This document shows positions 30,921-41,513 of a stretch of 64,000 nucleotides of DNA, piece by piece (position 1 is the first letter of the stretch; each line of letters begins with the position of its first letter). The stretch is taken from assembly GCA_965223795.1 (NCBI GenBank), contig CBDCXL010000002.1:864001-928000 (forward strand), given 5' to 3'. The notes under the pieces were generated by a model. That model was not told the DNA's origin, made no database searches, and saw nothing but the letters and a program-made list of their open reading frames with translations. The DNA comes from Nitrospinales bacterium. GTDB lineage: Bacteria; Nitrospinota; Nitrospinia; Nitrospinales; VA-1. Position numbers and translations under genes: made by a program.

Positions 30921-32144
30921 TTATGCGGTGACCTGCCGCGTGACTTCCACCGCATACAACCGGCGGACTGTGCTGGAACCAACCCATCCGCCGATGATCG
31001 CGACCACCAGCCCTAAAGCCGCACTGGTGAACGAGACCCACAGAACGGCCTGCGTGTATTCAGAAGCCACTTCCACGGCTTCATCGATTTCTTTTTTTGC
31101 TTCCGCGACCTTCTGATCCACTTCTCTGGTAACACCATCGACGATGGCTTCGACTTCTTTTTCATCCAGACTGGTGCGCACCGCGAGCACATTCTTGGCG
31201 CGTTCAGGATTTCCCAGCGCAAGCTCTTTCGCCACCAGGCCGAGGGTTTCCGCATCCATCTCCTTCAAGGCCAGCTTCAATTCCGAGGTGGATACTTCCG
31301 GGCCGCTGATCTGGCTCACCTGCTGGACGGCTTTACCCATTTTGTTTTTCAAATCGGCTTGCAGTTCCTGCACCAGCTCGGTTTCTTCCAGATCTTCCAC
31401 TTGCTCTGAAATTCCGCTGACGATGCTTTCCACTTCTTCCTCAGACAAATTGGTGCTGCGGGCCAATCGTTTTTTGGCTTTTTCTTCATCGCCCTGGATC
31501 AGATAAGCCGCGACTTTCTTCAGCGTGCGCGGATCGACTTCCTTCACCGCCCGCTTCAATTCTTTTTTACTGGCGGTTGCGCCGCTTTTTGTTTGAGACT
31601 CGGCAACGGCTTCGATGGCCTTGCGTTTGAGCATGGCCTGAATATCCATCAACACGGGTGAATCCGACAGATTCCGCACGACCGCGCTGGTGCCTTCGAT
31701 GCCCGCGTTACCGAGGGCCATGCCAGTCTGGACTGTGGATGTGACCACGGACTGACCTGTCTGAATCAGCCCGCCAACGCCCCACGCTCCGAACAGGAGC
31801 ATCAGGGCGGTTCCCAGGCTCCACAATGTGAGACCGTGCAGCATCCCGACTGTGGGGTCGGGTTTTCCGGACAGCCTTCCGGCCAGCAGGCCACTCAAAA
31901 AAAACACCACGAGCGCGCTGAACATGAGCCACAAAATCGCCCCGATGCCCAGACCCTCCGCAAAATCTTCGTTTGATGTGATATTGCCGAAATCCGCGAT
32001 GCTGACACCGATTGCCGAACCCAGCAGCACCATCAGCCAACTGGCTGCGATCACAAACACCATCCCGGCAAATACCGCGCCCCAACTGATGAGCGGTTCT
32101 CGCTCCACTTCGGCCACGAGCGCATCTTCACGTTTGGAAACCAT
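30921..32144 (-). CDS. Membrane protein with internally duplicated helical soluble domain
   Basis: ISWGAVFAG TM start, LHGLTLW, two similar segments (EKAKKRLARSTNLSEEEVESIV / ERAKNVLAVRTSLDEKEVEAIV), C-terminal TM. Confidence 0.8.
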   Translation of the reverse strand: MVSKREDALVAEVEREPLISWGAVFAGMVFVIAASWLMVLLGSAIGVSIADFGNITSNEDFAEGLGIGAILWLMFSALVVFFLSGLLAGRLSGKPDPTVGMLHGLTLWSLGTALMLLFGAWGVGGLIQTGQSVVTSTVQTGMALGNAGIEGTSAVVRNLSDSPVLMDIQAMLKRKAIEAVAESQTKSGATASKKELKRAVKEVDPRTLKKVAAYLIQGDEEKAKKRLARSTNLSEEEVESIVSGISEQVEDLEETELVQELQADLKNKMGKAVQQVSQISGPEVSTSELKLALKEMDAETLGLVAKELALGNPERAKNVLAVRTSLDEKEVEAIVDGVTREVDQKVAEAKKEIDEAVEVASEYTQAVLWVSFTSAALGLVVAIIGGWVGSSTVRRLYAVEVTRQVTA

Positions 32145-32258
32145 AATGTTCTCCGTTTTTAAATGCCCGGCGTGACCCGGACAGGGATCCCCCGGCATGT
32201 TCATCAGTATTAAAAATTAAATGATTTCAGACTGTTCGAACGAGTCCTGCTCAAATAT

Positions 32259-32274
32259 TGCAATTTGAATGCCG
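32259..32274 (-). promoter_or_regulatory. Putative sigma54 (-24/-12) promoter
   Basis: CGGCATTCAAATTGCA on the minus strand (GG-N10-GC), about 115 nt upstream of the 32144 start. Confidence 0.5.
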
Positions 32275-32587
32275 ATCCATTGTTGCGAAAAATAATTCTT
32301 CCCGGATCCCGGTGAAGCTCATTGTTTAAGTTGGCGTGGATCCGGTTTTCCTTTTTTTTCTGAACGCAGAAACAAGCACGGCATGGCGGAATACCCGCAT
32401 CCGACACAGGTTCAGATGCACCTCTGTTGCAGAGAAACCGGGTGATTTACACCAATCAGGATTCAGGTTTTATTGAAAGGCGGGCGGGGATAAAGAGATT
32501 GCAGATATTAAAAGCAGCGGAATCCGGGGTGCGACAAGCGCGGTTGCCCGATCGGTTGGGGGATGGGGCTTGTTGTGGAGGACGCGT

Positions 32588-33478
32588 TCACCGCGTTTTG
32601 AGACGGAACCGCTCGTACAGTTTGAATGCCAGCGGATTTTCGATCTGCCGGGGGCTTTTCACCAGCCAGATATCCTCGTGAACGCCTTCCAGGGTCCCGA
32701 GCTTTTCCCATTCTCCCTGCTTCCGCAATTCCTGGCCGGCGAAATCCGGCAGCGGCACCAGGCCCATTCCGGCTTTACCGAGCATTTTCTGCACCGAGGT
32801 GTCCTGAGTTTCGATGACGAGGCGGACGGACAATCCGTTCACTTTGAAGTAGTGGTCGAGATCGTGCCGGAGCTTGCTGTGGTGGGTGGGCAGGATGAAC
32901 GGCTGCCCGTTGAGCGAGCTGGGAAAGTTGCGCTTGAGATGGCGGTGCTTTCGGGTTCCCCAGAGCGTCACCGGGACGCTGCTTAAAAGGCGCGACTGAA
33001 ACGACCGGCCGCCTGCGAGCGCGGGCGGGAAATTCGACGCGACCAGATCGATGCGGTGCGCCATGAGTTCACGAAACAGGAATTCCCCCTCCCCTTCAAG
33101 CACTGTGATCATGCAGTCCTCGGACTTTCGCACCGATTCGACCAGCCACTGAATCAGCTTCTTCGGCAGGCTGTCGAGAATTCCGATCTGCAGGTGCAGG
33201 CGGCGGGAGAAGCTTTTGTCCTTCAGCACTTCCTGCATCTCGTCGCCGAGATGGAAAATCTGGTTGGCGTATTCCAGCGCCGCCCGTCCCGCCTCGGTCA
33301 AAACCAGGCTGCGGTTTTTCCGCTCGAACAACTCCCGTCCCAGCGCCTCTTCCAGCTGCCGGATCTGAATGCTGACCGCAGGCTGACCCAGCCGCAGTTT
33401 CTTTGCGGCTTTGGAGATGCTGCCTTCGGTCGCCACCGTGCGGAAATAGAGCAGGTGCTGATAGTTCAAAAAGTGCAT
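32588..33478 (-). CDS. LysR-family regulator, NhaR-like
   Basis: LNYQHLLYF..VATEGSISKAA..QPAVSIQIRQLE..LFER N-terminus typical of the NhaR subgroup. Confidence 0.88.
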   Translation of the reverse strand: MHFLNYQHLLYFRTVATEGSISKAAKKLRLGQPAVSIQIRQLEEALGRELFERKNRSLVLTEAGRAALEYANQIFHLGDEMQEVLKDKSFSRRLHLQIGILDSLPKKLIQWLVESVRKSEDCMITVLEGEGEFLFRELMAHRIDLVASNFPPALAGGRSFQSRLLSSVPVTLWGTRKHRHLKRNFPSSLNGQPFILPTHHSKLRHDLDHYFKVNGLSVRLVIETQDTSVQKMLGKAGMGLVPLPDFAGQELRKQGEWEKLGTLEGVHEDIWLVKSPRQIENPLAFKLYERFRLKTR

Positions 33479-33667
33479 GACTCAATATATTAATTTTTTC
33501 AAACTATTTAATTAAAATTATAAATAAAACTAAAGCATCATCGCCACATCTAAATGTTCGAAGGGTGAAAAAGAACCCGGCTGGCTCCGGTGCAGCATCC
33601 GGACCGCAAAAGCGATTCATCCCTTCTGTTGAACCTGACCACAAGCTTCGGAAAGGAGGGTTGGGCA

Positions 33668-33802
33668 ATGAAAAACACGATCAACAAATTCTTCGGATTC
33701 GACAAGAATTCCTTGTTTCATATTTTCATCCACGCCGGTTTCGTCGTCTCGATTCTGGCGGGTCTGATCACGCTTTGGATCGCTTATTTCGCCAATTTGT
33801 AA
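33668..33802 (+). CDS. 44-aa membrane peptide A1
   Basis: SD GGAAAGGAGG; MKNTINKFFGFDKNSLFHIFIHAGFVVSILAGLITLWIAYFANL; differences from A2 are mostly synonymous. Confidence 0.85.
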   Translation: MKNTINKFFGFDKNSLFHIFIHAGFVVSILAGLITLWIAYFANL

Positions 33803-33832
33803 TTTCGCACTAAGAAAGAGGAGGTCCTGATC

Positions 33833-33940
33833 ATGGATGCTTACATTCTGACTCTGCTGGTTGGATTGTCGATCCTGGGTCTCGCCGCGTTTTTCAGAAT
33901 GGGGGGCCTGTTTGAAATAGGACGGTCCGACCGGTCCTGA
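33833..33940 (+). CDS. 35-aa membrane peptide B1
   Basis: SD GAGGAGGT; MDAYILTLLVGLSILGLAAFFRMGGLFEIGRSDRS. Confidence 0.75.
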   Translation: MDAYILTLLVGLSILGLAAFFRMGGLFEIGRSDRS

Positions 33941-33999
33941 ACACCGTTTCGCCATCAATGTTGAACCTGACTTCAAGCAACGGAAAGGAGGGTTTGGCA

Positions 34000-34134
34000 A
34001 TGAAAAACACGATCAACAAATTCTTCGGATTCGACAGGAATTCCTTGTTTCATATTTTCATCCACGCCGGTTTCGTCGTCTCGATTCTGGCAGGTCTGAT
34101 GATGCTGTGGATCGCTTACTTTGCCAATCTGTGA
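34000..34134 (+). CDS. 44-aa membrane peptide A2
   Basis: SD GGAAAGGAGG; MKNTINKFFGFDRNSLFHIFIHAGFVVSILAGLMMLWIAYFANL. Confidence 0.85.
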   Translation: MKNTINKFFGFDRNSLFHIFIHAGFVVSILAGLMMLWIAYFANL

Positions 34135-34161
34135 TTTCATTAAAAAGAGGAGGTGCTGACC

Positions 34162-34269
34162 ATGGATGTTTATCTTCTGACTTTGCTGGTTGGAGTGTCG
34201 ATCCTGGGTCTCGCCGCTTTTATCGGAGCGGGGGGCCTGTTTGAAAAAGGTCCGGTCGACCGGTCCTGA
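34162..34269 (+). CDS. 35-aa membrane peptide B2
   Basis: SD GAGGAGGT; MDVYLLTLLVGVSILGLAAFIGAGGLFEKGPVDRS. Confidence 0.75.
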   Translation: MDVYLLTLLVGVSILGLAAFIGAGGLFEKGPVDRS

Positions 34270-34282
34270 ACACCACATAGAA

Positions 34283-34318
34283 CCGCCCGAGGCTCCAAGC
34301 CTCGGGCGGATTTTTTTT
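34283..34318 (+). terminator. Intrinsic terminator closing the small-peptide operon
   Basis: CCGCCCGAGGCT-CCA-AGCCTCGGGCGG, then A and T8. Confidence 0.92.
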
Positions 34319-34440
34319 CAACAGAATTTCACCCGCCCCCTCCGCCCCGCTTCGCCGGCCCCAGTATCCGGATTCCGCCCGCACCCCTGCCAGAAACTCG
34401 ATGCCGGGTTGCGTGCGTTTCTGGTTTTAAATCGAAAAAT

Positions 34441-34635
34441 CAAAGAAAGGCGTTCGGCGTTGTGTTCCCCGATTGCGGCGGACGCGGCCTGGCGGGAGTT
34501 GGGAACATCCACTGCGCCGCCGATCTGGCCGGGCACAAGTCGATCAACACGACAAAGAAATACGCGTACCTGAAAGACGAAAACCGCGTCCATGCGATGC
34601 GGCGGGCGTTCCTCAAGGCGGGGGGCGACGCATGA
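34441..34635 (+). pseudogene. Tyrosine recombinase/integrase C-terminal remnant
   Basis: LAGHKSINTTKKYAYL (box II with catalytic Tyr); upstream TTCCCCGATTGCGGCGGACG is a degenerate, frameshifted FHDLRRT; ends 46 nt from the tRNA-Glu 3' end. Confidence 0.8.
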
Positions 34636-34681
34636 CGGCTGTCGGAATAATGTCGGAAAGGAAATTCCAACGGCCGCAAAA

Positions 34682-34759
34682 TGGCGTCCCCAGCGGGATT
34701 CGAACCCGCGTCGCCGGCGTGAAAGGCCGGTGTCCTGGGCCTGGCTAGACGATGGGGAC
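34682..34759 (-). tRNA. tRNA-Glu(TTC)
   Basis: Cloverleaf GTCCCCA..; anticodon arm CCGGC-CTTTCAC-GCCGG; GGTTCGAATCC; encoded CCA. Confidence 0.97.
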
Positions 34760-34787
34760 GTTCAAGTGGATGGAAGCAAAAGAAAAG

Positions 34788-34860
34788 TGAGCCGCGAAGG
34801 GATCGAACCTTCGACCACCTGATTAAAAGTCAGGTGCTCTACCAACTGAGCTAGCGGCCC
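34788..34860 (-). tRNA. tRNA-Lys(TTT)
   Basis: GGGCCGC-TAGCTCAGTTGGTAGAGC; anticodon arm CCTGA-CTTTTAA-TCAGG; GGTTCGATCCC; CCA not encoded. Confidence 0.97.
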
Positions 34861-34875
34861 ACGTGTAAGTGGGAA

Positions 34876-34904
34876 AAATTAACAGACCTATATTACCATG
34901 TCAA
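34876..34904 (-). promoter_or_regulatory. Putative sigma70 promoter of the tRNA pair
   Basis: TTGACA-17 nt-TAATTT with extended TG, 15 nt upstream of tRNA-Lys. Confidence 0.7.
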
Positions 34905-34987
34905 TGGGTTTTATTTGGCTTGATTTTAGAGCTTTAGGCCCATAAGATCGTAGGTTACCGGAAGTTTATATTGAACGCGAGGCTCCC

Positions 34988-35905
34988 TTGGAAAAATCCG
35001 AACTGATCTGGCTCGACGGCAAATGGCTGCCCTGGCACGAGGCCAACGTGCACGTCCTCACCCACACGTTGCACTACGGGATGGGCGTGTTCGAGGGGCT
35101 GCGCTGCTACCGCACCGACCGGAACACCTCCATCGTGTTCCGGCTGCCGGAACACGCCGAGCGCCTGTTTCATTCCGCCGCCATTCTGGGGCTTGAAATC
35201 CCGTTTTCAAAGCAGGAAATCACGCAGGTGATCCTCGACGTCGTGCGCAAAAACAAGCTGGAAGAATGCTACATCCGGCCCATCGTCTTTCTGGGCAGCA
35301 ACAAAATGGGGCTCAACCCGGAGGGCGTGGACGTGCGTGTCGCCGTGGCGGCCTGGCCCTGGGGCACCTACCTCGGCGACGACGGGCTCAACAAGGGTAT
35401 CCGGGTGCGGGTCTCTTCGTTCACGCGGCACCACGTCAACATCAGCCTGACCCGCGCCAAGGCCTGCGGCTACTACATCAACTCGATTCTGGCCAAGGCG
35501 GAAGCGGTGCGCGACGGCTACGACGAGGCCATCCTGCTCGACCCCAACGGATTCGTTTCGGAGGGTTCCGGGGAAAACATCTTCCTGCTGGACAAAGGCC
35601 GCCTGCACACGCCGGCGCTGTCGCATTCGAACCTCGACGGCATCACCCGCGACGCGGTGATGGAAATCTGCAAGGATCTGAACATCGAGGTCGTGGAGCG
35701 GAGCGTCACGCGCGACGAGCTGTACATCGCCGATGAAGTGTTTCTGACCGGAACGGCGGCGGAGATCACGCCGGTCCGGGAAGTGGACAACCGCCCCATC
35801 GGCACGGGAAGCAAGGGAAAAACAACGGATTTGATCCAGAAAGCCTTCTTCGACATCGTGCGCGGCAACCAGCCCCGGCACAAGGACTGGCTGACCGAGG
35901 TGTGA
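34988..35905 (+). CDS. ilvE: Branched-chain amino acid aminotransferase
   Basis: LHYGMGVFEG, CYIRP, AKACGYY, SEGSGENIF, GITR, TGTAAEITPV. Confidence 0.96.
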   Translation: MEKSELIWLDGKWLPWHEANVHVLTHTLHYGMGVFEGLRCYRTDRNTSIVFRLPEHAERLFHSAAILGLEIPFSKQEITQVILDVVRKNKLEECYIRPIVFLGSNKMGLNPEGVDVRVAVAAWPWGTYLGDDGLNKGIRVRVSSFTRHHVNISLTRAKACGYYINSILAKAEAVRDGYDEAILLDPNGFVSEGSGENIFLLDKGRLHTPALSHSNLDGITRDAVMEICKDLNIEVVERSVTRDELYIADEVFLTGTAAEITPVREVDNRPIGTGSKGKTTDLIQKAFFDIVRGNQPRHKDWLTEV

Positions 35906-36037
35906 TGCCGATCGTCCCCCCTGTTTCGGCATTTCGATTGCCCTGAAAAATTCATGCAGGCACCTTGCCATTTGCGGCCTGGGATCTTATCCTGTGTGAG
36001 GTCCACGTGCGCTGGTATTTAAAGGAGTCCGGGTTTC

Positions 36038-36418
36038 ATGCCTATCTACGAATACGAATGTGAAAAGTGCCACACCACCTTCGAGGTGATGCAGCAGGTA
36101 TCCGCAAAACCCTTGAAAACGCATAAGTCCGAAAATTGCGACGGCAAGGTGCGCAGGCTGGTCTCCGCCTCGGGCTTCATCCTGAAAGGGTCCGGCTGGT
36201 ACGCCACCGACTATCCTTCCGAAGCCCGCAAGCAGGGCTGGGAAAAAGAGCAGAAACAGGCCAGTCCGGCGGCGCCGGAGACGAAGGGCGAGGGCGGCAA
36301 ACCGGAGGCGAAGACCGAGGCTCCCCCCAAGGCCGCGCCCAAGCCGGCGGCGAAAAAACCGGCGAGCAAGAACCCCTATTCGGGGGGCAAGAAAAGCAAG
36401 GCCAAATCCGCCAAATGA
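36038..36418 (+). CDS. FmdB-family zinc-ribbon protein
   Basis: MPIYEYECEKC, FILKGSGWYATDY, low-complexity Lys/Ala/Pro tail. Confidence 0.9.
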   Translation: MPIYEYECEKCHTTFEVMQQVSAKPLKTHKSENCDGKVRRLVSASGFILKGSGWYATDYPSEARKQGWEKEQKQASPAAPETKGEGGKPEAKTEAPPKAAPKPAAKKPASKNPYSGGKKSKAKSAK

Positions 36419-36421
36419 AGG

Positions 36422-37543
36422 ATGCCGCCCGCAGGCAGGGCGGATCCCTCTCTCAGCGAGGAGAAACCGGGATTGTTTGACAAAATCTTCTCCTCCTTCA
36501 TCGACGGCGTCGTCCTCGTATCGGGCGACCACACGATCCTCAACAGCAACCCGGCCATCGAAGAGATGTTCCAGCGCTCGCGCGACAGCTTCGAAGGACG
36601 GCCGCTTGCCGAACTGTTTCACGAACCCGCATCCCTCGAAAACAAACTGGCCCGCACGTTCGCCACGGGCGTTTCCTTCCGCGACATCGAATGCGCGGGC
36701 ATCAAACGCAACAGCAGAAACCGCTTCCCTGTGAGCCTCACGCTGTCGCCGTATCACAGCGACGCGGACCACATCGAGGGCGTCGTGGTGCTGGTCAAGG
36801 ACCTGAGCCTGATCAAGGAACTGCAGGCCACCTCGCGCCCGGTGGAGCATCTGGCGACGATGGGCTATCTGGCGATGGGCATGGCGCATGAGATCCGCAA
36901 TCCGCTCGGCGGCATCCGCGCTTCGGCGCAGCTCCTGAAAGCGGAGCTGACGAGCAAGGATCAGCAGGAATACCTGGACGTGGTGATCTCGGAGGTGGAC
37001 CGCATCAACCACATCGTCGAGCAGATGATGGGATTCACCGGCCCGCGCCAGCTCGACCTTGCGGAAATCAACATCCACAAGCTGCTGGACGAAATCCTGC
37101 TTCTGCACAAGACGCCGCTCAGGGAAAAGCGCATCCAGATCGAGCGCATCTACGATCCCAGCCTGCCGCCCATCCTCGGCGACGAGGACAAGCTCAAGCA
37201 GGTGTTTCTGAACCTGATCAAAAACGCCGTGGAGGCTTCCGGCGACGACAGGAAAATCGCGCTGATCAGCCGGGTGGGTTCGGGCTTCACGATCAAGGCG
37301 GCCAAAGACGGCTGCCCGCGCCAGAGCATCGTGGTGGAGATCACCGACTCGGGAGCGGGGATGAACCGCGACACGCTGGAAAACCTGTTCACGCCGTTTT
37401 TCAGCACCAAGACCCGGGGCAGCGGTCTGGGCCTGCCGATATCTTTGAAAATCGTTGAAAATCACGGCGGTAAGATCAAGGTCACCTCCGAGGAGGGCCT
37501 GGGCACAACGGTGCAGGTGTTTCTCCCCATCGGAAATCAGTGA
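36422..37543 (+). CDS. PAS-domain sensor histidine kinase, NtrB/GlnL-like
   Basis: PAS domain, AHEIRNPLGGI, YDPSLPPI, NLIKNA, DSGAG, GSGLGL. Confidence 0.88.
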   Translation: MPPAGRADPSLSEEKPGLFDKIFSSFIDGVVLVSGDHTILNSNPAIEEMFQRSRDSFEGRPLAELFHEPASLENKLARTFATGVSFRDIECAGIKRNSRNRFPVSLTLSPYHSDADHIEGVVVLVKDLSLIKELQATSRPVEHLATMGYLAMGMAHEIRNPLGGIRASAQLLKAELTSKDQQEYLDVVISEVDRINHIVEQMMGFTGPRQLDLAEINIHKLLDEILLLHKTPLREKRIQIERIYDPSLPPILGDEDKLKQVFLNLIKNAVEASGDDRKIALISRVGSGFTIKAAKDGCPRQSIVVEITDSGAGMNRDTLENLFTPFFSTKTRGSGLGLPISLKIVENHGGKIKVTSEEGLGTTVQVFLPIGNQ

Positions 37544-37555
37544 TAAAATAGGCAA

Positions 37556-39022
<1,467 letters not shown>

Positions 39023-39047
39023 GTCTCTCATTCCCAGGGTCGCGCTT

Positions 39048-40019
39048 TTGGAAACTCGAAACATCGCCGCCTACGACCGCCCGCTGGGCGGATCCGTCGC
39101 CATCGTCAAGCAGACCTTTTCGCCGCCGCCCGGCGGCAAGACCGGGGGCAAACGCGTGTCGTTCGTCGCGGGGCTGCACGGAGACGAACTGGAAGGCGTG
39201 TACCTCTGCCACCTGCTGATCGACGCGTTCCGCAGGCTGCAAACGGAGGAGCCCGAGGCGCTCAAGGGCACGCTCAACGTCTACCCCGCCGTGAACCCGC
39301 AGGCGCTGGCTTCGGGAACGCGGTTGTGGCCGTTTTTTTCCGTCGACATGAACCGGCAGATGGGCAAGCCGGCGCAGGATTCCCTGCCCGCCGGGTTTTC
39401 CAACGCGCTGCTCGAGGATCTCGCGGACTCGTCGGACCTCGTGGTCGACATCCACGCCAGCAACCTGCACCTTCGCGAGCTGCCGCAGATCCGCATCATT
39501 CAGGAATTCGACAAGAAACTCATTCCCTTCGCGATGCGCATGAACGCGGACCTCGTCTGGGTGCATCCTTCGGCGGGCGTGTTCGAATCGACCCTGGGCT
39601 GCAACCTGAACCGCATGAAAATCCCCACACTGGTGGTGGAGATGGGCATCTGCCTGAGGATCGATCCCGCTTTCTGCACGCAGATGCTCGACGGCATCCT
39701 GCACCTTCTGCATCAACTGGATGTTCTGACGCCGCGCGGCGGACCGCCTTCCGTCAAGGAGACCCGGCTCGTCAATCCGCAGCAGGTGGCGCTGGTGCAG
39801 GCGAACCATTCCGGCCTGTTTCTGGGCAAGGCCCGATTGGGCGATGTCGTCCGCAAGGACGATCCGATCGGCGACGTGGTGGACCCGGTTCGCGGCGAAG
39901 TGCTGCAGGCGGCGACGGCGCCCGCTTCCGGCCTTTTGTTCACCCTGCGGGAACACCCCCTCACCTACCAGGGCGCGCCGCTTTGCCGCATCGCGCTCGA
40001 GGACGCGGCGAAATCGTGA
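39048..40019 (+). CDS. M14 succinylglutamate desuccinylase/aspartoacylase family protein
   Basis: GLHGDE, DMNR, VDIHAS, VVEMG; C-terminal biotinyl-like fold. Confidence 0.88.
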   Translation: METRNIAAYDRPLGGSVAIVKQTFSPPPGGKTGGKRVSFVAGLHGDELEGVYLCHLLIDAFRRLQTEEPEALKGTLNVYPAVNPQALASGTRLWPFFSVDMNRQMGKPAQDSLPAGFSNALLEDLADSSDLVVDIHASNLHLRELPQIRIIQEFDKKLIPFAMRMNADLVWVHPSAGVFESTLGCNLNRMKIPTLVVEMGICLRIDPAFCTQMLDGILHLLHQLDVLTPRGGPPSVKETRLVNPQQVALVQANHSGLFLGKARLGDVVRKDDPIGDVVDPVRGEVLQAATAPASGLLFTLREHPLTYQGAPLCRIALEDAAKS

Positions 40020-40984
40020 ACACCTGCATCCTGTCCATCCCGTCGCCGCTGGGAGGCTCCATCGACCTGTGCAAGAACGTGTGGGAAGGCTCCCGCACGC
40101 CCGACGACGTGGTCTCGATCGTCAGCGGCCTGCACGGCGACCAGATCAACGGCCTGTACCTGAACGCGCGGCTCACGCATTTTCTCGATGAGGTGGCGGC
40201 CGGGAAACAATCCGAATACCGCATCATGGGGCGGGTGCAGTTGTTTCCGGTGGTCAACGTGCAGGCGGCGCACGCGGGCACGCCTTTCTGGTCCTACGAC
40301 GACCTGGATCTCGACCTCGCGTTTCCGGGCAACGAGAAGGGCGAGGTGGTGGAACGCCTGGCCGGCGCCCTGCTCAAGCACACGCAGGATTCGACGCACG
40401 CGCTGATCCTGAAAACCGCGCCTGTGCATTACGAGGACGCGCCGCACCTGCAATGCTTCAAACCCGGACGGCCGGCCAAGAAAATGGCCCAGGCTTTGGG
40501 GTTCGCGGCGGCGCGCGAGCTGCACGAGGACCCGGCGTTTAAGCTGAACCTGTTTTACCAGTGGGTGCAGAAGGACATTCCCTGCCTCATCCTGTCGGCG
40601 GGGCGGCCGCAGAGCCTGGACAGGGCGCTGTGCGATTCGCTGTTCGAAGGGCTGGTGAACCTGCTTTTGAACTGCGGCGCGCTCACGCATGCCTCGCGCA
40701 AGGCGGAAAAATCGCAGACGCGTTTTTACAAGCACAGCGAAACACGGACGCTGGCTTCCCCGCAGGCAGGGCTGTTTCTGCCGCAGGTGGCGGCAGGCGC
40801 GAAGGTTCAGGAAGGGGACGTTCTGGGAGAGGTGCGGGACATCCCATCGGGACGTCCGCTTGATACGCTCACGGCGCCGGAAACCGGCGTGGTGGTGCGG
40901 CTGCGGCACTATCCATTGATCTATCAGAGAGAGGCGGCGGCGCTGCTGTTGCCGGAGAAAAAAAGCGGGTTCTGGCCGTTTTGA
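40016..40984 (+). CDS. M14-family paralog lacking catalytic residues
   Basis: GTG at 40016 overlaps the upstream stop; GLHGDQ, DLDLAFPG, ILKTA, LILSAG. Confidence 0.8.
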   Translation: MNTCILSIPSPLGGSIDLCKNVWEGSRTPDDVVSIVSGLHGDQINGLYLNARLTHFLDEVAAGKQSEYRIMGRVQLFPVVNVQAAHAGTPFWSYDDLDLDLAFPGNEKGEVVERLAGALLKHTQDSTHALILKTAPVHYEDAPHLQCFKPGRPAKKMAQALGFAAARELHEDPAFKLNLFYQWVQKDIPCLILSAGRPQSLDRALCDSLFEGLVNLLLNCGALTHASRKAEKSQTRFYKHSETRTLASPQAGLFLPQVAAGAKVQEGDVLGEVRDIPSGRPLDTLTAPETGVVVRLRHYPLIYQREAAALLLPEKKSGFWPF

Positions 40985-41017
40985 ATTTTCAGGAAGTCTG
41001 GAAAGAAGAGATGTTCC

Positions 41018-41278
41018 TCAGCCGGGCATGCTGATGTTGAGGAAGAACAGCGTGATGCCGGTGAGCGAGATGAGGCTGCCGAACAGGGTCATGAGGATGC
41101 CGCGGACGGTTTTGGGCATGACAACGTCGTTTTTGCGGCGTTCCTGCCGGTAACGGTTGCGGGGATCTTTCAGCCATTCCTCTTCTTCGCGCTCCCATTT
41201 GGAACACAGGCTCAGCAATCCGGCACCAAAGAAAAACAGCACGATGCCCCAGATCTGCATTGCATTGAGGAAATCCAT
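41018..41278 (-). CDS. Small two-TM hypothetical protein
   Basis: GGAG SD; two hydrophobic segments around a charged loop. Confidence 0.7.
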   Translation of the reverse strand: MDFLNAMQIWGIVLFFFGAGLLSLCSKWEREEEEWLKDPRNRYRQERRKNDVVMPKTVRGILMTLFGSLISLTGITLFFLNISMPG

Positions 41279-41470
41279 TGCGTCTCCCTAAAAGAAGATC
41301 GAGGTTCGCCCCGCCGATAACAGGTGCGCCCGGCGCGGCCGATTTTCCACATATCCCATTATATAACAAATAGTTATAAATTTTCAACGGAGCCTGCCTC
41401 CGGACAGCCCGTGACCGCCGGGCGGCCCCGGTTCGCCACATCCGCAATCACCCGAAAATCATTATGTTTA

Positions 41471-41509
41471 AAAGGCTTGGCCCCTCCCCGCCGGGGAGGG
41501 GCGCAGGCC
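41471..41509 (-). terminator. Putative terminator after the cytochrome c gene
   Basis: GCCCCTCCCC-GCC-GGGGAGGGGC stem; short U-tract on the minus strand. Confidence 0.6.
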
Positions 41510-41513
41510 GTGT

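Larger units (their letters stand above)
33627..34274 (+). repeat. Tandem direct duplication, about 332-bp period, 2 units
   Basis: Units start TGTTGAACCTGAC (33627, 33959) and end CCGGTCCTGAACACC. Confidence 0.95.

Noticed and set aside
33627..34274. Tandem repeat considered as a CRISPR array
   Set aside because: Only two long coding units, with no short repeat-spacer pattern and no cas genes
35954..35970. GG-N10-GC sigma54-like motif (TGGCAAGGTGCCTGCA) on the minus strand
   Set aside because: It points antisense into the end of ilvE, with no gene to drive
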